A stretch of 61,391 nucleotides of DNA, filler included. It is 6 parts of 6 records of this genome, joined end to end, with 100 filler letters (N's around TTAATTAATTAA, not from the genome) between each part and the next. Parts side by side here need not be neighbours in the genome. Positions count along the whole stretch, not along the records: positions 17,750 to 23,849 come from SRR22947727_3507; positions 23,950 to 32,936 come from SRR22947727_3517; 4 more parts are not named here. The stretch is one strand, 5' to 3'. Of this stretch, positions 21,131 to 30,700 are shown piece by piece (positions within the stretch are counted from its first letter, which is position 1; every line of letters begins with the position of its first letter). The notes under the pieces were generated by a model, which saw nothing but the letters and a program-made list of their open reading frames with translations, was not told the origin of the DNA and searched no databases. Both the position numbers and the translations under genes were made by a program.

Positions 21131-21379
21131 ATGCCAACACAATCCGCGCTTGAAATCGTCAACGCATTGTTTGCAGGTCAAAAAGATCTGTCAGACTATG
21201 TAGATTCTGCTATGAAAGTAGTAGCGGTTGATCAAATTGACGCCAAAAAGCAAGAAGTCGGATCCTCAATGTTTAAGGACCCCGACGAAACACCTGAAGT
21301 CGAAGCATCTGCAGAGACTGAGGTAACTGATACCCCACCAGAGGAAACGACAGATGAGACTGATCAGAGAGGAGATTGA
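21131..21379 (+). CDS. Small acidic protein between g20 and g21 (prohead-core position)
   Basis: 82-aa acidic ORF at the T4 g67/g68 position; preceded by CTAAATA late-like boxes near 21101 and 21121. Confidence 0.65.
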   Translation: MPTQSALEIVNALFAGQKDLSDYVDSAMKVVAVDQIDAKKQEVGSSMFKDPDETPEVEASAETEVTDTPPEETTDETDQRGD

Positions 21380-22001
21380 ATCCGCTAAGGTAACAATCAC
21401 TGAAGGTAAGGATGGCAAAAAGCGCCACTTTATCGAAGGTGTTTTCTTGCAGGGTGAGATCAAAAATAGAAATGGTCGCATGTATCGCGCCGAAACTTTG
21501 CAACGTGAAGTTGCTAAATACAACGAGCAATACATCACTAAAGGTCGCGCACTAGGTGAGTTGGGTCATCCAGATGGTCCTACTATTAATCTTGACCGCG
21601 TGTCTCATCTAATTACTTCTCTGCAAAGAGAAGGTAACAACTTCGTAGGTAAGGCAAGACTTCTCGATACCCCCATGGGTAACATCGCTAGAAATCTTCT
21701 CGACGAAGGTGTAAAACTAGGTGTATCTTCTAGAGGTCTTGGATCTATCAAAGAAGAAGGTGGTATCAAAGTTGTCGCTGATGACTTTATGCTTGCCACT
21801 GCTGCGGATATCGTAGCAGATCCTTCTGCCCCTGACGCTTTTGTCAATGGCATCATGGAAGGAAAAGAGTGGGTCTATGCTGGAGGCGCAATCCAAGAGC
21901 AAAGAATCGAAAAGATTAAACAGAGAATTGATAACGCCCACCGTTCTCAGTTGGATGAGTTGAAACTTTCCGCGTTTCACTCCTTCATCAAAAATCTTTA
22001 A
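21354..22001 (+). CDS. g21: T4-like prohead protease gp21
   Basis: IEGVFLQ, NRNGRMY, ALGELGHP, GVSSRGLGS, ADPSAPDAFV. Confidence 0.95.
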   Translation: MRLIREEIESAKVTITEGKDGKKRHFIEGVFLQGEIKNRNGRMYRAETLQREVAKYNEQYITKGRALGELGHPDGPTINLDRVSHLITSLQREGNNFVGKARLLDTPMGNIARNLLDEGVKLGVSSRGLGSIKEEGGIKVVADDFMLATAADIVADPSAPDAFVNGIMEGKEWVYAGGAIQEQRIEKIKQRIDNAHRSQLDELKLSAFHSFIKNL

Positions 22002-22003
22002 TC

Positions 22004-22011
22004 TATAAATA
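22004..22011 (+). promoter_or_regulatory. T4-type late promoter
   Basis: TATAAATA upstream of g22. Confidence 0.8.
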
Positions 22012-22051
22012 ACTATAGCAAATATCGCACGTTTGTAAACCAGGAGACAAA

Positions 22052-23086
22052 ATGTCACAAGAGATTGAAACAACTCTGGATGAATCGAGTGTAACCGCTG
22101 GCGCAAAACCTGCCGAACCACAGCCCAAACTGGGCGCTGACGGTAGTAGTCTCGCTGGAGTACAAGATCTCGGTGGTCCAACACCACAGAATAGCAAACC
22201 CACGGATGACAGCAATAAGTATAAAACTGTTGCTGGTGGAAATGCTGCTGCACCCACAACCAAACCCTCTGACGCCTCTGGCGCAAAAGCAGAATTTGCT
22301 GCTAAGGGTGATGTGAAGGCAGGTCACGAGCCCGAGGGCGATGTGATTGCTGAAGAGCCTCAGGAGACTGTAATTGAAGTAGATCTTTCTGCTGATGTTG
22401 CTGCTCTTACCGAAGGTGAAGAGCTGACTGAAGAATTCAAAGAGAAAGCAAAAACGATCTTTGAAGCAGCAGTCGTATCACGCATCAACGAAGAGTTGGA
22501 GCGTATGCACGAGGACTACGCTAAAGTCCTTGAAGAAGAAATTGAGTCTGTTAAGTCCGACCTCGCAGAAAAAGTCGATGAGTATTTGACTTATGCGGTT
22601 GGTCAATGGATGACAAAGAATGAGCTCGCCATTGAGCAGGGTATCAAAACCGAAATGGCTGAGTCCATGCTTGCAGGTCTCAAGCAAGTTTTCGTGGAGA
22701 ACTATATTGATCTCCCCGAAGAAAAAGTTGATGTCGTCGAAGAAATTCAGGCACAACTTGATACCATGGAAACAAAACTCAACGAGTCTATTGAAGAAAA
22801 TGTCGAGCTCAATAAGAGCGTCGGCACCTATATCAAGAATGGGATTGTGACAGAGATCGCTGAGGGACTATCACTCGCTCAACGCGAGAAGATCGTATCC
22901 CTGGCGGAAGCTGTTGAGTTTGAAAATGAAGAGTCTTTCCGTGCAAAGGTCTCTACCCTCCGTGAATCGTATTTCTCCACTAAACCTGAAGTTACTACTG
23001 TTACTGAAGATGTTGAAGTTGAGAATGGTCCTGTTGGAGACGCTATGGCGGCATATGCCCAAGCGATTTCCCGCTGGAACAAGTAA
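22052..23086 (+). CDS. g22: T4-like prohead core scaffold gp22
   Basis: Acidic coiled coil, EEFKEKAKTIFEAAV, KVDEYL, LRESYF; synteny g21-g22-g23. Confidence 0.92.
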   Translation: MSQEIETTLDESSVTAGAKPAEPQPKLGADGSSLAGVQDLGGPTPQNSKPTDDSNKYKTVAGGNAAAPTTKPSDASGAKAEFAAKGDVKAGHEPEGDVIAEEPQETVIEVDLSADVAALTEGEELTEEFKEKAKTIFEAAVVSRINEELERMHEDYAKVLEEEIESVKSDLAEKVDEYLTYAVGQWMTKNELAIEQGIKTEMAESMLAGLKQVFVENYIDLPEEKVDVVEEIQAQLDTMETKLNESIEENVELNKSVGTYIKNGIVTEIAEGLSLAQREKIVSLAEAVEFENEESFRAKVSTLRESYFSTKPEVTTVTEDVEVENGPVGDAMAAYAQAISRWNK

Positions 23087-23117
23087 TTTACCCTTTCATT
23101 TAACCTAAGAGTCTAAA

Positions 23118-23849
23118 ATGTTTAACGCAGAATCACTCCAGGAAAAGTGGAACCCCATTCTTGAGCACAATGAGCTCGATCCTATTAAGGATACCTACAG
23201 AAAGGCGGTTACCTCTGTCCTCTTGGAGAACCAAGAAAAATTCCTCAAGGAAGAGCGCGGTCTGGTAACAGAAGCAGCTCCTACTAACTCACTGGGCGGC
23301 ACTGGCTTCTCAGGTGGCAGCACTGCCACTGGTCCTGTTGCAGGTTTCGACCCTGTGCTGATCAGCCTCATCAGACGCTCCATGCCTAAGCTTATTGCTT
23401 ATGACATCTGCGGCGTGCAACCAATGACTGGTCCTACTGGACTGATCTTTGCAATGCGCTCCACCACGGGCACCAACAGAGACATCAACAACAGCGGCGT
23501 TGAGACTTTCTTCAACGAAGTTAACTCCGAGCATTCTTCCGAGAATAGTGCAAACGGTCTTGCATCTAACACTCAGACTGGATCTAATCCTGGTCTGCTT
23601 GCTGATGGTGCTGGTCAGTACACGATCGGCGGTCAGGGCATGACCACTGCCCAGTCTGAAGCACTGGGTGATGGCGCTTCTAACCACTTCAACGAAATGG
23701 GCTTCTCGATCGAGAAGGTCACCGTTACTGCGAAGTCACGCGCTCTGAAAGCAGAATACAGTCTTGAGCTTGCTCAGGACCTTAAGGCAGTCCATGGTCT
23801 GGATGCCGAAAGCGAGCTTGCAAACATCCTCAGCACTGAAGTGCTGGCA
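23118..23849 (+). CDS. g23: T4-like major capsid protein gp23, 5' part
   Basis: LQEKWNPIL, LIRRSMPKLIAYDICGVQPMTGPTGLIFAMR, KSRALKAEYSLELAQDLKAVHGLDAE. Confidence 0.97.
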
Positions 23850-23949
23850 NNNNNNNNNNNNNNNNNNNNNNNNNNNNNNNNNNNNNNNNNNNNTTAATTA
23901 ATTAANNNNNNNNNNNNNNNNNNNNNNNNNNNNNNNNNNNNNNNNNNNN
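23850..23949. other. Artificial contig linker
   Basis: N run with TTAATTAATTAA. Confidence 0.98.
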
Positions 23950-24357
23950 CGAATTGTGCGCTTCATCAAAGTAAATGCAATCAACGTTGATACCTGCTTC
24001 CTGCAGGCGAGGAAGGGAATGGTAAGTAGTAAAGATCAACTGCTTACGGTATGCTTGCTGACTCCAGTTATGGATGATAGCAGGACGAGTGCTGCTGAAA
24101 TGATGAGTCTCTCCGCTATGGACGTGCATGACTGCAACGTCAGTATGAAACTCAAGAAACTCAGCAGACAACTGCTCAGCAAGAAGGATACGAGGAGCAA
24201 CGACAACGATGACACCAGCATCATTCTGCTCAAAGAAAGTCTTAGAGTCGCTGATCATGCACATGGTCTTACCGCCACCCGTAGGGATGACCAGTTGACC
24301 CTTATCAAATGCCAGCATGGAATCCAGAGCATCCTGCTGGTGGGGTCGCAACTGCAT
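23950..24357 (-). CDS. SF2 DEAH helicase / restriction Res-like protein, 5' part
   Basis: Q-motif LRPHQ, PTGGGKT, VAPRILLAEQL, FDEAH; GGAGA RBS. Confidence 0.85.
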
Positions 24358-24381
24358 CAGGTCTCCGTCGTTGATGTACTT

Positions 24382-24435
24382 ATTATAGCACGGAGGGGAC
24401 TCTACCGATGAACCCTGTGACAGTTCCCTAACTGG
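24382..24435 (-). promoter_or_regulatory. Cyanomyovirus early-type promoter: extended -10 plus upstream dyad box
   Basis: TGcTATAAT (24390-24382) preceded by CCAGTTAGGGAACTGTCACA (24435-24416). Confidence 0.65.
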
Positions 24436-24479
24436 TCCCGGTAAGTACTTAGATTCTTATCTTCAACCGGGACAAAGGT

Positions 24480-24508
24480 AGTCTACAGGGTTTTTATGAG
24501 TGTGTCAA
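24480..24508 (-). promoter_or_regulatory. Sigma70-like promoter
   Basis: TTGACA-17 nt-TAGACT. Confidence 0.6.
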
Positions 24509-24870
24509 GTGTTTTCTTTCCAGTCACTTATATGATTCAATTCATTCTTTGTTTGTTCATCAAAACTATCAACAATAGTTTCATAGTCTTCTTCTGCCCA
24601 CTTTCTATCAGACTCCTCCCACTTACCTAAAGGACAAGAAGCAGCAGAGAACTTTACTTTAGCAGCAAGAAAGCATCCACATTCTTTACATCTATGCTGA
24701 ATATCATCATAGGCAGGACAAGCTCTGCAGGTGTTTATTCTTGCCCTCTGAATACCTTCAGATACAGCAACCGATGCTGTACCTTCAGCAAATGCTTTTC
24801 TTGCTATTTGTAGAGCAAAAAATGCTAAGTTCTTACCTTGTTGTGATAAAGAAGGATATTCGTTTTCCAT
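24505..24870 (-). CDS. Cys-rich small protein (DUF6171-like)
   Basis: RINTCRACP...RCKECGCFLAAKV...SCPLGKW. Confidence 0.7.
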   Translation of the reverse strand: MENEYPSLSQQGKNLAFFALQIARKAFAEGTASVAVSEGIQRARINTCRACPAYDDIQHRCKECGCFLAAKVKFSAASCPLGKWEESDRKWAEEDYETIVDSFDEQTKNELNHISDWKENT

Positions 24871-24897
24871 TACAAACCATCATCTAGTTTATGTATC

Positions 24898-26082
24898 TTA
24901 CTTTAGACCAAGGTATGCAGAATCAACTCCATTAGCAGTATCAATACTATAACCAGAACCAGAAACTGCTCTACCTGCTGTACCTCCTAATGTTCCACTA
25001 AGTCCAGCAGAACCTACTGTGCGGTTTCCATTGTTTCCTGTATTTCCAGTATCACCATCTTCACCATCTTGTCCCCAAGTTCCACCATCACCACCATCAC
25101 CACCTTTTCCACCAGTTCCAGCATTTGTACCACCGCCAGAACCACCAGAACCAGTACCACCAAAGGTTCTAGATTGTAGATAACCTTGCCCTAATCCTCC
25201 ATCGGCACCATCACCACCAGAACCACCATCTGTGTTGACCGTATAATTTACTTGACGATCATAGAAGCAGCAGAAACATTCTCCAGGAGTTCCTTGACCA
25301 CCTCCACAACAGGGATCTCCGTTACCAGTTCTATTTGTTGGGTGGCAATATTGTCCACCTGGACATCCGCAACCACCAGGACCTCCTCTACTATATCCAG
25401 TACCTATTTGTTCGGTGTAACTAACATTATAAGAACCTCCTCCGCCTGTTCCACCATCTCCACCGCCGCCACCGGCGCCTCCACCACCATAGACTTGTGC
25501 AGAGGCACCAGAAGTCCTTACAGTGACCGTTCCGGTGCTATTAGTATCAATATATAGAGCATCTCCACCATCTCCACCATTTTCTGTTTCAGTTCCTGCA
25601 GAACCACCATCACCAAGTATGCTTCCAGTGATAAGAAGAAGAACATTATAGACAACAGAGGCATCTAGACTTGCTGCTGGTGTACTTGCCGTAGATGAAC
25701 CGCATGTACCAGATAGATAAACTCTCTTCTCAATGTTATATTGTAGGTTAGAGTTCCAGATAGAAGCAAGAGCAATGTTTAGATTCAAATCAGTATCAGA
25801 ACCTTGATCTAGATCATAATATTTGATAGAATTCCTGAACTGAGATATTTTTAGGTTAGATGATGTTGATATTCCACCATTTAATGGTCCAGAAGTTCTA
25901 TTTTCAGTACAATCTGGAACTATTGGTTGTGTTTCCGTAACGTCAGTGTCTCGTCTAAGTTCAGATGCTTTTATGTTTCCAGAAGATGTTCTCTTAAAAT
26001 TAGTTCTTAATGAACTAAAAGAGATAGAACCAGAAGCATAAAATGGACCTGTTTCACTTGTTGTCGTTCTTGTTAAAGACAT
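24898..26082 (-). CDS. Gly-rich tail-fibre tip adhesin (gp38-like architecture) with Cys-rich insert
   Basis: N-terminal SGSISFSSLR motif, multiple GGxGGxG runs; translationally coupled to the upstream fibre gene. Confidence 0.65.
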   Translation of the reverse strand: MSLTRTTTSETGPFYASGSISFSSLRTNFKRTSSGNIKASELRRDTDVTETQPIVPDCTENRTSGPLNGGISTSSNLKISQFRNSIKYYDLDQGSDTDLNLNIALASIWNSNLQYNIEKRVYLSGTCGSSTASTPAASLDASVVYNVLLLITGSILGDGGSAGTETENGGDGGDALYIDTNSTGTVTVRTSGASAQVYGGGGAGGGGGDGGTGGGGSYNVSYTEQIGTGYSRGGPGGCGCPGGQYCHPTNRTGNGDPCCGGGQGTPGECFCCFYDRQVNYTVNTDGGSGGDGADGGLGQGYLQSRTFGGTGSGGSGGGTNAGTGGKGGDGGDGGTWGQDGEDGDTGNTGNNGNRTVGSAGLSGTLGGTAGRAVSGSGYSIDTANGVDSAYLGLK

Positions 26083-27713
26083 TAGAATAATCGGAGTGAA
26101 GTTGAACCTACACCTGCTACAGTAAATACAACCCTATCTGGTGATGTTTCATAAGTAATCCTTACAAATTCTGTCCCAACACCACTATTAAAACCACCTG
26201 TAGAACGTACACTAAATGATGTAACATATCCACTAGCAACATTTAATCCATCAGTTAGTGTTAGTGTATTTGCACGAATACCATTGTCTACCGTTAAACC
26301 AGTATCTTGGAATCCAGAGTCTGTACCAACACCAACATTAGTGCCTAGTCCAACAAAGCTAGTGTCGCCAAAGTCTACGCTACCAGTTACATTAAGTGTA
26401 CTGATTGTACTGACTCCAGCAGTTGTATAGATGTTGGAAGTGATAACATCATCTAGACTTACAGTTCCACTAATAGAACCAGCAACCGTTAGGTTTCCAC
26501 CGAACCATGCATTACCTGTAACTGTTGATGTACCAACAACGTGTAACTTATGCGTTGGAAGTGTTTGGTTAATACCAAGATTTCCATCCCAAGTGAGAGT
26601 CATTCTCTCAGAGTTTGTCTGACCATAGATCCACTTAAAGTTACCAGTGCTTCCTGCACCAGTACCGCCGTGAATAATAGTTTTAACATCGCCAACATCA
26701 TTATTAACGATATCTAATACTCCAGCAGAGTTTCCGAATCTTAATACTGCAGAACTATTACCAGCACCAACAGATTGACCTACACTAATTCTTGCCTGTC
26801 CACTATCAGAAACAACTTCTAGTAAAGAACCAGACGCCTTTCTAATCTGAAGATCTGATGTTGGTTCTGCTGTTCCAACTCCAATCCTACCAGAAGAAAG
26901 TGCGGCAAATGCTGTTCCGCCAGTTCCAACATGAAGAAGTTGAGATACTGTTGTAACACCAGTATTCGGAACCTCAATAGAATCTGCAACAACTTTTGAT
27001 GCTGTTAAGACGCCAACATTAATATTTGGAGTTCCAACAAGAGAAGATGCTGCTGTTGCAGTTCCAATGAAACTATTTGCCGTTACATCGGTTACAGATA
27101 TACTAGAAGGAAGTCTAGCATTATCAATTGTTCCTGCTAAATCTGTTGCAGTTATAATACCACTAAAACTTGTAGCCGTTATAATGCCAGTAGAGTTAAT
27201 GTCGCCAGAGGATCCATCAAATGTAATTCCTTCCCCTCCTCCAAGAGGATCAGAACCTATAAGCAAATCGTGTTGATCTACTGATGTTGTTCCAATACCA
27301 ATACTGAGAGAAGTATGTATTCCTGTTCCACCTACATTTACAATCCAGGAAGCAGTTGAATAACCAACAATATTTGATAATGTAGAGCCATCTCCATAGT
27401 ATCTGGTGGCACTAACATATCCATTTGCGGTTTCAAAAGTAATTCCATATCCAATATTTACATTTCCACTCACCAAATTAAATGTGATTCCAGTTCCGAT
27501 ATGAACATCAGAATTGAAAGTTGAAATGCCAGAAGAGAATAAATTCTGAGTTGTTACTAGACCAGTAACGCTCACATCACCGTAAACACCCAACAAATAA
27601 TTTTGGGGAATGGATGTTCCGATTCCAACCAAACCATTTGCATTTACAACCAGACTGTCATTATCTACCTGAAGTCCAGTACGAAAATTAAATGACTTAC
27701 GAATATTTGCCAT
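26082..27713 (-). CDS. Phage tail fibre-like structural protein
   Basis: Repeated VGIGT/IGVGT/LGINQ..P motifs; Gly/Ser/Thr-rich. Confidence 0.75.
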   Translation of the reverse strand: MANIRKSFNFRTGLQVDNDSLVVNANGLVGIGTSIPQNYLLGVYGDVSVTGLVTTQNLFSSGISTFNSDVHIGTGITFNLVSGNVNIGYGITFETANGYVSATRYYGDGSTLSNIVGYSTASWIVNVGGTGIHTSLSIGIGTTSVDQHDLLIGSDPLGGGEGITFDGSSGDINSTGIITATSFSGIITATDLAGTIDNARLPSSISVTDVTANSFIGTATAASSLVGTPNINVGVLTASKVVADSIEVPNTGVTTVSQLLHVGTGGTAFAALSSGRIGVGTAEPTSDLQIRKASGSLLEVVSDSGQARISVGQSVGAGNSSAVLRFGNSAGVLDIVNNDVGDVKTIIHGGTGAGSTGNFKWIYGQTNSERMTLTWDGNLGINQTLPTHKLHVVGTSTVTGNAWFGGNLTVAGSISGTVSLDDVITSNIYTTAGVSTISTLNVTGSVDFGDTSFVGLGTNVGVGTDSGFQDTGLTVDNGIRANTLTLTDGLNVASGYVTSFSVRSTGGFNSGVGTEFVRITYETSPDRVVFTVAGVGSTSLRLF

Positions 27714-27727
27714 TATAGTCTTTTTAG

Positions 27728-30700
27728 TTATTTATCAGATAGTTTTTGCTCAAGTGTTTCTACCTTATCAGAAAGTTCCTTAATTGCCTCTACAAGAAGA
27801 GGAACAACCTTATGATAATCAACCGCAAGGTAACCATTATCTCTTGTTACAACTGCCTCAGGAAGAACCTTTTCAATCTCTTGAGCGATCAGTCCAACGT
27901 CATGTCCAGACTTGTTAGACTTCTCGTTCCAGTCAAATGTATTACCACTGATTGAGACAACTTTAGTAAGAGGATCATCAATAGGTGTGATGTTGTCCTT
28001 CAGTCTCTCGTCAGAAGACCAGAATGCAGTGATATCATCAGTTACACTCAAAATACCAGTGATGATCGTATTTCCAGTAATATTTGTTGCTGCGTTAATA
28101 TCAACAATATTCGTAGCAGCATCAAGAATTAGATTTCCAGATGCCGTATCAATAGTATTGTTATTAGTAACGGCAATTCTAATTTCACCAAAGTGACCTT
28201 CAGAGAATGGTAGTGCCGCAGTTCCAACATATGCACCCTCATCAGAATCTGGAACAATACCAGTATTCAGTACAACTTCAGAATCAAATACGGATCCACC
28301 AGTAACAGTGAAAGCATCAGATTCAGTATTAGTAATTTGTACCTTTCCTGAAGACGTTACTTGATTTTTAGTTGTTACGTTATTAGTAAGTGTAACTGGA
28401 CCATCAAACTGTGAAAGAATTTGATTAGAATCTCCACCCTCTACAACCAATCTTTCTTTGATTATTACTTCATCAAATACTGAACTTAATCTGGATGGAT
28501 CTGCTCCTGTTACCGTTGGAATCGGAGTGTCAAACGTGCTTTCTTCACCTGTAGCAGAGGATTTTTTCTGGTTGCCAATAAAGAAGTCACCCTTATTGTT
28601 CATACCAGTATAAACTACAATACCGGAAGATCTTTCTTGAGACTGAACTAAGAATTCTTCTCTTTCATTGAGAGTCTTGTTCTGTACTTGAGGCAATCCA
28701 GTTGAGTAGTTACCTGGTCCATATCCAAGATATTCAAATGTATGACCAGAAGCACGAATAATAGATGGTCTACGGAATTCAACTGCAAGTGGTTTGATCT
28801 TCTTAACAAGAGATCCTAAACTATGAGATTTTTGATTGGTTGCAAGAACTCCACGAATAACCGTCAGTTTATTATTTGAAGCTCCAGTAAGAGACTTGCT
28901 TGCAACTCTCATAATTTCTTCGTCAACTTGGATATAGGATCCAATTGGGAATCTCTTCGTAGTTGCAATTCCAGAAACAGGACTGCTAATTTCAATTTCG
29001 GTAGCAGTGGTTGTAATTCCAGCACTGAGGGTCAACAATTCATTATCATAAATTGAAAATCCTCTTACTCCTAAGTTTTCATTAGAAGAATTGGAAATAG
29101 AATCATTAGATGTAAATGCAGATTTCAGAACATATGTCGCAACACCTACAGAATTAGTTGTAACTGAAGTGAAAGAAGTTACTCCTGATCTTGTCTTTAC
29201 ATGGAAGTCTCCAAGATTATTGTTACTTGTATCAAGGAGTCTAAATTTGTTACCAGCAACTAATCCATGTGCCGAAGTACAAATAAAGGTTGTAATTCCT
29301 GCAGTAGAATCAAAGATGGTAGAATCAATTGATACTGCTGGTCCAACAACTACCGCATATTGGTCATTAGTAATTACTGTATCGCCAGATGTTTTTGCGA
29401 TAGAGATTTGATTGTCTGCACCAACAGAAGTAATTCTGTGAAGAGTATCTTCAGTTGTTGTAGAACCTGTAAATTGAACTACGGTATTAATTGCACTTGA
29501 AATTCCCGAAGTTGATACTGATATTGATGAGTTTACACTACCACCCATTTGAGCATTATCAACATATAATGTATCTCCATCAACATATCCGGAACCAGAA
29601 CTAATAATATCAACTGAAGTTACGGCACCACCAGTAACTCCAATTCTTGCAGTCGCTCCCTGCCAACTAGATTTTGATACGTTATCATAAAGTTTGACGT
29701 TATGATAATCACCATTAGTATGACCACTTCCGCCAGTAATTGAACTATAAGTTACAATACCAGAAAGTCCGTGCTCTCTGGCAAAGGTAATTGTTGCACT
29801 GGTTGCACTATTTGATACTGAAGAAATTGTTAGACCAATTCCAAGTTTAGTTGCCAAAAGGTCTAGTGATTCTTTAGTGATACTCTTTTTAAGATCACTT
29901 GTTACAACTTTTCCAAGAGGAGATCTAACTGCAAAAGATCTAGTTGGAAGAGGATTGTCATCAATATTGTCTCTATCAAGTTGAGGATAGAGATTAACTA
30001 TATTCTGACTATACTTGAGATTTGTAAATTCTGTTGGTATTTTATTATTAGAATTGGTCACATAAAGATGATAAATTCCATCCTGCTGACCTTCAATATA
30101 TTCCTTAATTATTTCATTTCTATAAACATAGAGATTTGATTGTAAGTTATTTCTCTCAAATCTTGGTAGATCTGCAGTTCTAGTGCTCGTATCGTTTGTG
30201 AAGGTTCCTGGTGTTGCAGTTGTTGTATATTCAAATGTCAGATCATCAGTAACATCGCTAACGGTAAACGTTCCGTTGTATCCACGATTAAATGTTCCGA
30301 CTCCAGTTACCGTATCATCAGTTACATTTCTGATGTTTACACTATCACCTATATCTAGATTGTGAGGTAATTCTGAAATAACTGTGACCGTTGTTCCACT
30401 TCTAGAACAAGTGCTGATAAATCTTGGATTTTTTTCAAAGTTAAAATCAGATCTAGTAAGATTTGAAACAGGATCAAAATCAGAATCTGTGCGAACACCA
30501 GTGGTGCTTGACTCTTGAATAATAAATCCATTTTCAGGATTCTTTGCATTAGTTGATTCTTTTGGAATTACAACTCTTACTTTATAAATCTTTTCATCCA
30601 AACTTCTAGAATCAGTTTTTCTCTTGATGAATGAAGCATTAGTTTTTGCCCCTATTCCAGAAACACCAAGAGTATTCAATTGAGTGTAAATATCATTTCC

